64,000 bases of DNA from an uncultured Thiomicrospira sp. GTDB lineage: Bacteria; Pseudomonadota; Gammaproteobacteria; CAKMZV01. Numbering within the stretch: position 1 is the first letter of the stretch; each line of letters starts with the position of its first letter. Below the pieces are notes generated by a model that saw only the letters and a program-made list of their open reading frames with translations, made no database searches and was not told the origin of the DNA. This document shows positions 49,584 to 61,200 of the stretch, in pieces. The stretch covers positions 736,001 through 800,000 of the forward strand of contig OZ239628.1 of NCBI GenBank assembly GCA_965195345.1. Reading direction: 5' to 3'. The position numbers were made by a program, and so were the translations under genes.

Positions 49584-52500
49584 ATGAAAATGAACCATTT
49601 AAAGTGCTGGGGATTTCTATTATCACTCGTTTTTCTATCTGCCTGTGGTGGCGGTGGCGATTCAACACCTCCGTCTACTAATGCAGCACCAAGCTTAAGC
49701 CTCTCTGTCAACGCCGTAACGCTTAATGAAGATTTTGGCACTTTTGTCATCAATACCACTGCTACCGATGCAGAAGATGGGACACTGTCAGTAACTGTAT
49801 CTGGACAGGCTGGTTTGCTAACCACTGATGTCACCACTGGTCGAATTACCCTAACTTCTATTGCCAATGCTAACGGCACAGCTACACTTACTGTACGTGC
49901 TACCGATAGCGGAAACCTCTCTGCTACTACCGAAGTGGTTGTTGCCATTAACGCCATCAATGATGCACCTACATTGGTACTATCAACGACCGCCATTAGT
50001 CTCAATGAAGACTTTGGTGCCTTTGTCATCAACGCTACCGCGACCGATGTGGATGATGGAGCACTGTTAGTAACCGTGACTGGGCAGGCCGGCTTGCTAA
50101 CCACTAATATTACCACTGATCAAATTACCTTAACTTCCATTGCCAATGCCAACGGAACAGCCACCCTTACTGTAAGCGCTAACGATAGTGGGAACCTCTC
50201 AGTCTCCACCGAAGTGCTGGTGGTTATCAATGCCATTAATGATACGCCCACACTTACCTTTTCAACCACTCAATTTAGTCTAAATGCAAATTTTACATCT
50301 CAGACAATAGCAACAGCAACAGACGTTGAAGATGCTTCCTTGCTCCTAACCTTTGCACTATCTGCAACCGATGTAGTACAAATAACGACGGTTGCTAATC
50401 GGTTTATATTAAATTCTATCACTGATGCTTTTGGCGAGACAACCATCACTCTAACAGCAACTGATAACAGCGGTAATCAGTCATCTCAAATTTTCACAGT
50501 GCGCGTTAACGGATTCCCTACATTAGCCTTATCAACGCAGAATATCACTTTAGATGAAGACTTCGGCACTTTCATCATCAACACCACTGCAACCGATGCA
50601 GAAGATGGCGTGCTTCCCGTTGCAGTGACTGGACAAGATGCCAGTCTGTTCGCCATAACCACTTCTGCCAATCAGATTATGCTTGCCTCCATTGCTAATG
50701 CTAACGGCACAGCTACGCTTACAGTAAGCATTGTTGATAGTGGAAATCTCTCCGCTTCTACCGAAGTGGTGGTGATTGTCAATGCCGTCAATGATACGCC
50801 CACACTTACCTTTTCAACCACTCAATTTAGTCTAAATGCAAATTTCACATCTCAGACAATAGCAACAGCAGCAGACGTTGATGATACTTCCCTGCTCCTA
50901 ACCTTTGCACTATCTGCCACCGATGTAGTACAAATAACGACGGTTGCTAATCAGTTTATATTAAATCCTATTATCAATGCTTTTGGCGACGCAACCATCA
51001 CCCTAGTAGTATCTGATGCTGGTGTGCGCTCTTCTTCTCAAGTTTTCACGGTGCGCGTTAACACACCCACCGCATCGACAACACCTACATTAGCCTTATC
51101 AACGCAGAACATCACTTTAGACGAAGACTTCGGCACTTTTATTATCAACACTACTGCAAGTGATGCAGAAGATGGGGCGTTATTAGTGACCGTATCTGGA
51201 CAGGCTGGTTTACTAACCACTAATGTCACCACTGATCAAATTACGCTCACTTCCGTTTCCAATGCCAATGGAATAGTTACGCTCAACGTACTTGCTATTG
51301 ACAGTGGTGATCTTGCAGTCTCCACCGAAGTGGTGGTGACCATCAATGCCGTCAATGATAGTCCTACATTGACGCTATCAACAACTAACCTCAGCCTCAG
51401 TGAAGATTTTGGTACTTTCGTCATCAACACCACTGCAAGTGATGCAGAAGACGGAGCGTTATTAGTGACCGTGTCTGGACAGGCTGGTTTACTAACCACT
51501 AATGCTACTACTGATCAAATTACGCTCACTTCCGTTGCTAATGCCAACGGAATAACCACACTCACTGTAAGTGCCACCGATAGTGACGCTATTACAGTCT
51601 CCACCGAAGTTGTGGTGGTTATCAATGCCGTCAATGACACTCCCACGCTGTCTTTATCTGTGACGCAAAGGACGCTTGCTCAAAACTTTGGCACTTTCGT
51701 CATCAATGCCACTGCAACCGATGTGGAATCAGGCACATTGGGCTTTAGTGTCAGTACAGGTAATGGCATTGTTGATGTAACAACCTCTGTCAATACGATT
51801 ACTCTGCAATCACTCGCCAATGTCATAGGCGATGTGACGTTAACGGTTAGCGTAAGCGATGGACTATTGACGGCGACACAGTCCATTTTTATATCCGTTA
51901 GCAGCGGTCCGACGTTTGAGTTGTCCACAAACACTATCGTTTTAGATGAAGACTTTACTACCTTTACCATCAACACCACTGCAACGGCTGCAGATGGGGC
52001 TATATTACCTACTTCAGTATTGCAGAGCACGCCTAATCTACTTACGTTTAGCACCACAACTGGGCGCATTACCCTCTCATCTATTGCGAATGTGAATGGA
52101 GTAACGACCCTTACCGTCAGTGCAACCAATCAAGGTGGAATAACGAATACGACAGAAGTAGCCATTACCATTAATTCCATTAATGATACTCCCACGCTCA
52201 GTTTATCAAGTACAAACTTAACCTTGGCACCTAATAGCACTGGTTTGATAACTGCCTTTGGTGCAGATTTGGAAACAAGCAGTGCCTCACTAGTCTATTC
52301 TGTACAACAAAATCCATCTTTGTTACAGTTGAGTACACAAGGCAATGTTATCGTACTGAGATCGACTACTACTGCAGGCTCGACCACTTTAGTGATAACC
52401 GTTACTGATGGCGGTAACTTAAGTGCTTCAGCAACCGCTCGAGTTACTGTTCTCTCTGGCGTTTTGAATATTGCTTTGAATGTTAAACGCATTAACTTTT

Positions 52501-54233
52501 CTTGGAATACATCTCCTACAGCAAATCATTACCGCATGCTTAGCAATGTCGATTTGAATGCTGGTGGTGGTTTTGTTGATGCCAGTAGCGCAAGTTTAGT
52601 TTTTATACCGAATAGCACGAATATTATCAATACTACAGTCTCTGCAACAGTGGATGTAGCAGGCTATCTTTCTACGGCTAATGGACCACAGTATCTGCTA
52701 CAAGCTTGTAGTAGTGTGGACAATTCAGTCTGTTCTGATCATGCACAACAATCCCTGAGCAATGCTCAGTTAGAGGGATTGATTGGTTACTTCAAAGCAT
52801 CTAATACAGATGCTAATGATAGGTTTGGTCGTGATGTAGCGATAAGCGGTGATGGTAACACACTTGTAGTCAGTGCACAATTTGAAGACAGCACCGCCAC
52901 TGGCATCAACGGTGATCAAACAAACAATGGTGCGGGTGATTCTGGTGCAGTCTATGTTTTTGTACGCAACAGTGCAGGCACATGGAGTCAACAAGCATAC
53001 ATTAAAGCCTCTAATGCAGAAGCCAATGATCAGTTTGGTACAGCTATATCGATAAGCGATAATGGTAATACGCTAATTGTTGGTGCATTTGGGGAGGACA
53101 GCACCGCCACTGGCGTTAATGGTGATCAAACAAACAATGGTGCGGGTGATTCTGGTGCAGCCTATGTTTTTGTGCGCAGTAGTACGGCGGGCACATGGAG
53201 TCAACAAGCCTATCTCAAAGCATCTAATACAGAAGCTGGGGATGAGTTTAGCCGAGAAGGCGTTTCAATTAGTGGTGATGGTAATACTCTAATTGTCAGT
53301 GCACTTGGTGAAGACAGCAGTGCCACTGGTGTGGGCGGCGATGAAACAAGCGGTGGTGCTGCTGATTCTGGTGCAGCCTATGTTTTTGTGCGCAGTAGTA
53401 CAGATTCATCATGGAGCCAACAAGCTTATATCAAAGCTTCTAATCCAAATAGCACTGATCGATTTGGCGAAGTTGTATCGTTGGATGATGATGGTAATAC
53501 TCTCGTTATTGGAGCACCTTTTGAGGACAGCACTGCCACGGGCATCAACGGCAATGAAACAAGTAATGGAGCACTTGGCGCAGGCGCAGCCTATGTTTTT
53601 GTGCGTAGTACTACGGGTACATGGAGTCAACAAGCTTACATCAAAGCCTCTAATACGGATTCTTTGGATAACTTTGGTTTAACCGTACCAATAAGTGATG
53701 ATGGTAATACCATCGTCATCGGTGCCGCTTTTGAAGACAGTGATGCGACGGGTATCAACGGTGATGAAGTAAATAATAATTCAACTAACACTGGTGCAGC
53801 CTATGTTTTTGTGCGTAGCACTACGGGTACATGGAGTCAACAAGCTTACATCAAAGCCTCAAATGCAGAGGATGGTGATCTATTTGGTTTAGCTGCAGGG
53901 ATAAGCGGTGATGGTAATACTCTAATTGTTGGTGCACGTGATGAAGACAGCAACGCTACGGGTATCAACGGCGATGAAACAGTAAATAATGCAACTAATG
54001 CTGGTGCAGCCTATCTTTTTGTTCGTAGCAGCACGGGCACGTGGAGTCAACAAGCCTACATCAAAGCCTCTAACACAGAAGCAAATGATCTATTTAGTTC
54101 AGCTCTCTCGATAAGCGACGATGGTAGAACACTCGCTATTGGTTCAAATGCTGAAGAGAGCGATGCCACCGGCATTAATGGCGATCAAGCAGACAATAGT
54201 CAAGATAACGCTGGTGCAGTGTATTTATATTAG
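49584..54233 (+). CDS. Giant surface lipoprotein/adhesin 6 (1549 aa), no lectin-like domain
   Basis: Distinct signal peptide with LSAC; 3' ~2.6 kb nearly identical to adhesin 1. Confidence 0.9.
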   Translation: MKMNHLKCWGFLLSLVFLSACGGGGDSTPPSTNAAPSLSLSVNAVTLNEDFGTFVINTTATDAEDGTLSVTVSGQAGLLTTDVTTGRITLTSIANANGTATLTVRATDSGNLSATTEVVVAINAINDAPTLVLSTTAISLNEDFGAFVINATATDVDDGALLVTVTGQAGLLTTNITTDQITLTSIANANGTATLTVSANDSGNLSVSTEVLVVINAINDTPTLTFSTTQFSLNANFTSQTIATATDVEDASLLLTFALSATDVVQITTVANRFILNSITDAFGETTITLTATDNSGNQSSQIFTVRVNGFPTLALSTQNITLDEDFGTFIINTTATDAEDGVLPVAVTGQDASLFAITTSANQIMLASIANANGTATLTVSIVDSGNLSASTEVVVIVNAVNDTPTLTFSTTQFSLNANFTSQTIATAADVDDTSLLLTFALSATDVVQITTVANQFILNPIINAFGDATITLVVSDAGVRSSSQVFTVRVNTPTASTTPTLALSTQNITLDEDFGTFIINTTASDAEDGALLVTVSGQAGLLTTNVTTDQITLTSVSNANGIVTLNVLAIDSGDLAVSTEVVVTINAVNDSPTLTLSTTNLSLSEDFGTFVINTTASDAEDGALLVTVSGQAGLLTTNATTDQITLTSVANANGITTLTVSATDSDAITVSTEVVVVINAVNDTPTLSLSVTQRTLAQNFGTFVINATATDVESGTLGFSVSTGNGIVDVTTSVNTITLQSLANVIGDVTLTVSVSDGLLTATQSIFISVSSGPTFELSTNTIVLDEDFTTFTINTTATAADGAILPTSVLQSTPNLLTFSTTTGRITLSSIANVNGVTTLTVSATNQGGITNTTEVAITINSINDTPTLSLSSTNLTLAPNSTGLITAFGADLETSSASLVYSVQQNPSLLQLSTQGNVIVLRSTTTAGSTTLVITVTDGGNLSASATARVTVLSGVLNIALNVKRINFSWNTSPTANHYRMLSNVDLNAGGGFVDASSASLVFIPNSTNIINTTVSATVDVAGYLSTANGPQYLLQACSSVDNSVCSDHAQQSLSNAQLEGLIGYFKASNTDANDRFGRDVAISGDGNTLVVSAQFEDSTATGINGDQTNNGAGDSGAVYVFVRNSAGTWSQQAYIKASNAEANDQFGTAISISDNGNTLIVGAFGEDSTATGVNGDQTNNGAGDSGAAYVFVRSSTAGTWSQQAYLKASNTEAGDEFSREGVSISGDGNTLIVSALGEDSSATGVGGDETSGGAADSGAAYVFVRSSTDSSWSQQAYIKASNPNSTDRFGEVVSLDDDGNTLVIGAPFEDSTATGINGNETSNGALGAGAAYVFVRSTTGTWSQQAYIKASNTDSLDNFGLTVPISDDGNTIVIGAAFEDSDATGINGDEVNNNSTNTGAAYVFVRSTTGTWSQQAYIKASNAEDGDLFGLAAGISGDGNTLIVGARDEDSNATGINGDETVNNATNAGAAYLFVRSSTGTWSQQAYIKASNTEANDLFSSALSISDDGRTLAIGSNAEESDATGINGDQADNSQDNAGAVYLY

Positions 54234-54481
54234 AATTTAGATAGCTAAAAGGCAACTAAAGTTGCTTGATTAATCCACCTTTATGTATTCATCGGGAAGG
54301 CAGGCATACAGCTTTTCTGCTTACCGCTTATTGCTTTAAATGTTATAAACATGCTTGCATGTTTTCTCATGCTTTAATTTATAATAAATCAAGTGTCACA
54401 GTGCAAAATATGAGCTTCTATCTCATACATAAACTGTAGTGAAATTTTAATTGCATAATTGAGTACATAAGGTGAATTGAT
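54234..54481 (+). repeat. Conserved inter-adhesin spacer, copy f
   Basis: 5' half matches copy a; 3' half matches copies b/c; TATAAT at 54380. Confidence 0.9.
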
Positions 54482-57400
54482 ATGGGATATATAAAGCGCT
54501 GGGCATTTCTGTTGTTGTTTGTTTTTCTGTCTGCCTGCGGTGGCGGTGGCGGTGGTGGTACAACACCTCCATCTACTAATACAGCACCAAGCTTAAGCCT
54601 CTCTGTCAATGCCGTAACGCTTGATGAAGATTTTGGCACTTTTGTCATCAATACCACTGCTACCGATGCAGAAGATGGGACACTGTCAGTAACTGTATCT
54701 GGACAGGCTGGTTTGCTAACCACTGATGTCACCACTGGTCGAATTACCCTAACTTCTGTTGCCAATGCTAACGGCACAACTACACTTACTGTACGTGCTA
54801 CCGATAGCGGAAACCTCTCTGCTACCACCGAAGTGGCTGTCACCATCAACGCCATCAATGATGCACCTACATTGATACTATCAACGACCGCCATTAGTCT
54901 CAATGAAGACTTTGGCACCTTTATCATCAACGCTACCGCAACCGATGTGGATGATGGAGCACTGTTAGTAACCGTGACTGGGCAGGCCGGCTTGCTAACC
55001 ACTAATATTACCACTGATCAAATTACCTTAACTTCCATTGCCAATGCCAACGGAACAGCCACCCTTACTGTAAGCGCTAACGATAGTGAGAATCTCTCAG
55101 TCTCCACCGAAGTGGTGGTGACCATCAATGCCGTCAATGATAGTCCTACATTGACGCTATCAACAACTAACCTTAGCCTCAGTGAAGATTTTGGCACTTT
55201 CATCATCAACACCACAGCAAGTGATGTAGAAGATGGTGTATTATCTTTTACAGTATCTGGTCGAGATGCAAGTCTATTAACAGTTAGCACTTCTATCAAT
55301 CAGATAATGCTCACTTCCGTTGCTAATGCCACCGGAACAACCACACTTACTGTAAGTGCTACCGATAGTGGAAATCTCTCCGCTTCCACCGAAGTTGTGG
55401 TGGTTGTCAATGCCGTCAATGTCACCCCCACGCTGTCTTTATCTGTGACGCAAAGGGCGCTTGTTCAAGATTTTGGCACTTTCGTCATCAACACCACTGC
55501 AACCGATGTGGAATCAGGACCATTGGGCTTTAGTGTCAGCACAGGTAATGGCGTTGTTGATGTAACAACCTCTGTCAATACGATTACTCTGCAATCACTC
55601 GCTAATGTCATAGGCGCTGTGACGTTAACGGTTAGCGTAAGCGATGGACTATTGACGGCGACACAGTCCATTTTTATAACCGTTAGTAGGGCGTTTACGC
55701 TTGAAGTATCGACAAACACTATCGTTTTAGATGAAGATTTTAATACCTTTATTATTAACACCACTGCAACGGCTGCAGATGGCACTATATTACCTATTTC
55801 AGTGACGCAAAGCACGCCTAATTTATTGACATTCAGCACCATAACTGGGCGCATTACCCTTTCATCTATTGCGAATGTGAATGGAGTAACAACCCTTACC
55901 GTGAGTGCGGCTAATCAAAGTGGACTAACGAACACGACAGAAGTAGCCATTACCATTAATTCCGTTAATGATACTCCCACACTCAGTTTATCAAATACAA
56001 ACTTAATCTTGGCACCTAATAGCACTGGTTTGATAACTGCTTTTGGTACGGATGTGGAAACAAGCAGTGCCTCATTGATCTATTCGGTACAACAAAATCC
56101 ATCTTTGTTACAAGTGAGTACACCAGGCAATGTTATCGTGCTGAGATCGAATGCTACTGCAGGATCGACTACTTTAGTGATAACCGTCATGGATGGTGAT
56201 GGTTTAAGCACTTCAGCAACCGCTCAAGTTACGGTTCTGTCAAATGTTTTGAATGTAAATTTGAATGTTAAACGCATTAACTTTTCTTGGAATACATCTC
56301 CTACAGCAAATCATTACCGCATGCTTAGCAATGTCGATTTGAATGCTGGTGGTGGTTTTGTTGATGCCAGTAGCGCAAGTTTAGTTTTTATACCGAATAG
56401 CACGAATATTATCAATACTACAGTCTCTGCGATAGTGGATGTAGCAGGCTATCTTTCTACGGCTAATGGACCACAGTATCTGCTACAAGCTTGTACTAGT
56501 GTGGATAATTCAGCCTGTGCTAATCATGCACTACAAACTTTGAGCAATGCCCAGTTAGAAGGGTTGATTGGTTACTTCAAAGCATCTAACACAGGGGGAA
56601 ATGATCTATTTGGTTTAGCTGTCGAAATAAGCGGTGATGGCAACACATTAGTTGTCGGTGCACTTGGGGAGGACAGTACCGCCACTGGCATCAACGGTGA
56701 TCAATTAGATAATTCTGCAAGTAACTCTGGTGCAGTCTATGTCTTTGTGCGCAACAATGCAGGCACATGGAGTCAACAAGCCTACGTCAAAGCATCAAAT
56801 ACAGATATAGATGATCAATTTGGTTTTGCTGTATCGATAAGCGATAATGGTAATACTCTAATTGTCGGTGTACCATTCGAGGGCAGCACCGCCACTGGCA
56901 TCAACGGTGATCAATTAGATAATTCTGCAAGTGACTCTGGTGCAGCCTATGTTTTTGTGCGCAGTAGTACTGGCACATGGAGTCAACAAGCTTACATCAA
57001 GGCCTCTAATACAGAAGATTTTGATAATTTTGGCAGAGCTGTATCGGTCACTGCTGATGGTAATACACTCGCTGTCGGTGCATTTTTCGAAGATAGCGAT
57101 GCCACGGGCATCGACGGCGATCAAGCAAATAATGGCAGTGGTGTTAATTCAAATTCTGGTGCAGCCTATGTTTTTGTGCGCAGTAGCACAGGTACATGGA
57201 GCCAACAAGCTTATATTAAAGCCTCTAATTCAGGAGATAGGGATGAGTTTGGTTTTGCTGTGTCGATGAGTGGTGATGGTAATACTCTCATTGTTGGTGC
57301 ATCACTTGAGGACAGCACTGCCACTGGCATCAACGGCGATCAATTAGACAATTCTGCAAGTAACTCTGGTGCGGCCTATGTTTTTGTGCGCAGCAGCACG

Positions 57401-58021
57401 GGCACATGGAGTCAACAAGCCTACCTTAAAGCATCAAATACAGATATAGATGATCAATTTGGTGTAGCTGTATCAGTGAGTGGTGATGGTAATACGCTCA
57501 TTGTTGGTACAAGAGATGAAGGCAGCAATGCGACGGGTATCAACGGTGATGAATCCAGCAATACTGCTATTCGCTCTGGTGCAGCCTATGTTTTTGTACG
57601 CAGTAGTGCGGGCAGTTGGAGCCAACAAGCCTACATCAAAGCCTCTAATACAGAAGCAAATGATCGGTTTGGTGAAGCTGTAGCAATAAGCAGTAATGGT
57701 AATACGCTAATTGTTGGTGCAGGTGCTGAAGGCAGCAGTGCTACGGGTATCAACGGGGGGCAAACAAATGGTTCTATTTCTGCTGGTGCAGGTGCATCCT
57801 ATCTTTTTGTTCGTGGCAGCACAGGCACATGGAGTCAACAAGCTTACATCAAGGCTTCTAATACAGAAGGTTTTGCTCAATTTGGTGGCGTTGTTTCAAT
57901 AAGCGGTGATGGTAAAACACTCGCTGTCGGTGCATCTTTCGAAGATAGCGGTGCCACCGGCATCAATGGCGATCAAACAGACAATAGTCAAGGTCTTGCT
58001 GGTGCAGTGTATTTATATTAG
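54482..58021 (+). CDS. Surface lipoprotein/adhesin 7 (1179 aa), no lectin-like domain
   Basis: Lipobox plus Gly7, stalk repeats, FN3-like domain, 7 blades. Confidence 0.9.
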   Translation: MGYIKRWAFLLLFVFLSACGGGGGGGTTPPSTNTAPSLSLSVNAVTLDEDFGTFVINTTATDAEDGTLSVTVSGQAGLLTTDVTTGRITLTSVANANGTTTLTVRATDSGNLSATTEVAVTINAINDAPTLILSTTAISLNEDFGTFIINATATDVDDGALLVTVTGQAGLLTTNITTDQITLTSIANANGTATLTVSANDSENLSVSTEVVVTINAVNDSPTLTLSTTNLSLSEDFGTFIINTTASDVEDGVLSFTVSGRDASLLTVSTSINQIMLTSVANATGTTTLTVSATDSGNLSASTEVVVVVNAVNVTPTLSLSVTQRALVQDFGTFVINTTATDVESGPLGFSVSTGNGVVDVTTSVNTITLQSLANVIGAVTLTVSVSDGLLTATQSIFITVSRAFTLEVSTNTIVLDEDFNTFIINTTATAADGTILPISVTQSTPNLLTFSTITGRITLSSIANVNGVTTLTVSAANQSGLTNTTEVAITINSVNDTPTLSLSNTNLILAPNSTGLITAFGTDVETSSASLIYSVQQNPSLLQVSTPGNVIVLRSNATAGSTTLVITVMDGDGLSTSATAQVTVLSNVLNVNLNVKRINFSWNTSPTANHYRMLSNVDLNAGGGFVDASSASLVFIPNSTNIINTTVSAIVDVAGYLSTANGPQYLLQACTSVDNSACANHALQTLSNAQLEGLIGYFKASNTGGNDLFGLAVEISGDGNTLVVGALGEDSTATGINGDQLDNSASNSGAVYVFVRNNAGTWSQQAYVKASNTDIDDQFGFAVSISDNGNTLIVGVPFEGSTATGINGDQLDNSASDSGAAYVFVRSSTGTWSQQAYIKASNTEDFDNFGRAVSVTADGNTLAVGAFFEDSDATGIDGDQANNGSGVNSNSGAAYVFVRSSTGTWSQQAYIKASNSGDRDEFGFAVSMSGDGNTLIVGASLEDSTATGINGDQLDNSASNSGAAYVFVRSSTGTWSQQAYLKASNTDIDDQFGVAVSVSGDGNTLIVGTRDEGSNATGINGDESSNTAIRSGAAYVFVRSSAGSWSQQAYIKASNTEANDRFGEAVAISSNGNTLIVGAGAEGSSATGINGGQTNGSISAGAGASYLFVRGSTGTWSQQAYIKASNTEGFAQFGGVVSISGDGKTLAVGASFEDSGATGINGDQTDNSQGLAGAVYLY

Positions 58022-58264
58022 AATACGTATATAGCTAAAAGACAACTAAAGTTGTCTGATTACTCCACCATTATGTATTCATCAGGCAGACAGCTTTTCT
58101 GCTTACCGCTTATTGCTTTAAATGTTATAAACATGCTTGCATGTTTTCTCATGCTTTAATTTATAATAAATCAAGTTGTCACAGTTCAAAATATGAGCTT
58201 CTATGTCATACATAAACTGTAGTGAAATTTTAATTGCATAATTGAGTACATAAGGTGAATTGAT
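58022..58264 (+). repeat. Conserved inter-adhesin spacer, copy g
   Basis: Same blocks; TATAAT at 58162. Confidence 0.9.
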
Positions 58265-61200
58265 ATGGGATATATAAAGCGCTGGGCATTTCTGTTGTTG
58301 TTTGTTTTTCTGTCTGCCTGCGGTGGCGGTGGCGGTGGTGGTACAACACCTCCATCTACTAATACAGCACCAAGCTTAAGCCTCTCTGTCAATGCCGTAA
58401 CGCTTGATGAAGATTTTGGTACCTTTATCATCAACACCACAGCAACCGATGCAGAAGATGGCGATCTTCCCGTTGCAGTGACTGGACAAGATGCCAGTCT
58501 ATTCGCCGTAACCACTTCTACCAATCAGATAATACTCACCTCCGTAGCTAATGCCAATGGCATAGCTACGCTTACAGTAAGCATTGTTGATAGTGGAAAT
58601 CTCTCCGCTTCCACCGAAGTGGTTGTCACCATCAACGCCATCAATGATACACCTACATTGGTACTATCAACGACCGCCATTAGTCTCAATGAAGACTTTG
58701 GTACCTTTGTCATCAACGCTACCGCGACCGATGTGGATGATGGAGTACTGCTAGTAACCGTGACTGGGCAGGCCGGCTTGCTAACCACTAATATTACCAC
58801 TGATCAAATTACCTTAGCTTCCATTGCCAATGCCAACGGAACAGCCACCCTTACTGTAAGCGCTAACGATAGTGGGAACCTCTCAGTCTCCACCGAAGTG
58901 GTGGTGGTTATCAATGCCATTAATGATACGCCCACACTTACCTTTTCAACCACTCAATTTAGTCTAAATGCAAATTTCATGCCTCAGACAATAGCAACAG
59001 CAACAGACGTTGAAGATGCTTCCTTACTCCTAACCTTTGCACTATCTGCAACCGATGTAGTACAAATAACGACGGTTGCTAATCGGTTTATATTAAATCC
59101 TATCACTAATGCTTTTGGCGAGACAACCATCACTCTAACAGCAACTGATAACAGCGGTAATCAGTCATCTCAAATTTTCACAGTGCGCGTTAACGGATTC
59201 CCTACATTAGCCTTATCAACGCAGCGTGTCACTTTAGATGAAGACTTTGGTGCCTTTATCATCAACACCACTGCCACCGATGTAGAAGATGGCGTGCTTC
59301 CCGTTGCAGTGACTGGACAAGATGTCAGTCTATTCGCCGTAACCACTTCTACCAATCAGATTATGCTTACCTCCGTTGCTAATGCCAACGGCATAGCTAC
59401 GCTTACAGTAAGCATTGTTGATAGTGGAAATCTCTCCGCTTCCACCGAAGTGGTGGTGATTGTCAACGCCATTAATGATACGCCCACACTTACCTTTTCA
59501 ACCACTCAGCTTAGTCTAAATGCAAATTTCATATCTCAGACAATAGCAACAGCAACAGACGTTGATGATGCTTCCTTGCTCCTAACCTTTGCACTATCAG
59601 CAACCGATGTGGTACAAATAACGACGGTTGCTAATCGGTTTATATTAAATCCTATCACTAATGCTTTTGGCGACACAACTATCACCCTAGCAGTATCTGA
59701 TGATGATGGTGCACGCTCTTCTTCTCAAATTTTCACAGTGCGCGTTAACGCACCCACCGCATCGACAACGCCTACATTAGCCTTATCAACGCAGAATATC
59801 ACTTTAGATGAAGACTTCGGCACTTTCATCATCAACAACACTGCAACCGATGCAGAAGATGGGACGTTATCAGTGACCGTATCTGGACAGACTGGCTTAC
59901 TAACTACTAATGCTACTACTGGTCAAATTACGCTCACTTCCGTTGCCGATGCTAATGGAATAGTTACGCTCAACGTGCGTGCTGTTGACAGTGGTAATCT
60001 TGCAATCTCCACCGAAGTGGTGGTGACCATCAATGCCATTGATGATACTCCTGTGTTGACGCTATCAACAACTAACCTCAGCCTCAGTGAAGATTTTGGC
60101 ACTTTCATCATCAACACCACTGCAAGTGATGGAGAAGATGGTGTGTTATCTTTTACAGTATCTGGTCAAGATGCAAGTCTATTAACAGTTAGCACTTCTA
60201 TCAATCAGATAATACTCACTTCTGTTGCTAATGCCAACGGAACAGTCACACTCACTGTAAGTGCCACCGATAGTGACGCTGTTACAGTTACCACCGAAGT
60301 GGCTATCACCATTAACGCCATCAACGATACTCCGACATTGACTCTTGCTACAACAAATATTACCATCGTTGAAAATGCCACTGCTCGTCAAACCATTTCC
60401 ATTACTGATGTGGCGGATGTTGAGGGAAGCACACTTACTTTTTCAGTCATTGCCTCCACTTCTGTGTTTAGTAGTAATCCTACATCTGTAGTCTCCTTTT
60501 CAGACACAAGAATGATAACCTTCAGTAGACAAAGTACTACAGCTCAACTCTATTACACTCTACGACCTGACAGCACAGGTAAGGGCTTCATTCAAATCGC
60601 TCTCACAGATGGCATAGACACACAGTTTACAACTGTTACCGTGACTGTGACAGAAGTTAAAAACCCGCCCCAAATCACTCAAGACTTTAGAACACATCGC
60701 TTCTTTGATGCGCGTGCAACACGTGTAGGCGCTGTTGGAGGTGTCTTATTTGCAGCACGAGGTGCATTCACTAGATCGCTTGTAACAACCTCTACAGATG
60801 GTACGGGGAATTTTGGCAATCAATTAAATTTTTCCCGTTCCTTAGGAGGGAGTTTAGCGGAACTGTACACTGAGGAAGCATACAACGCTTTATTGGGTTC
60901 TGTTTTGGTTGCCAATGGCGCTGCAACAGAAGGCCTTAATGATGATCGTTTTTGGCTTGGATTGACCGATATGCCTAACTCTTTTGGTGTCACTGTAGCA
61001 GATCAATCTTCGACAGATAACCGTTATTTTTGGTTATCTGGTCAACGGGTGTCACAAGGATTAGGCGCTGCTCGTATAGACGTCCCAGGAGTATACATAG
61101 GCTGGGGGGCATCTGCTCCGGGTAATCAGGGTTGTGCTAATCTGATTATTGCTGACGGCGTATCTGCAGTGTCCAGACCCTGGTCAAGTAATACATGCTT

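Noticed and set aside
30387-58264. Spacers as integron attC sites or a CRISPR array
   Set aside because: No RYYYAAC...GTTRRRY boxes or long palindrome, no integrase or cas genes, and the intervening units are paralogous multi-kb genes
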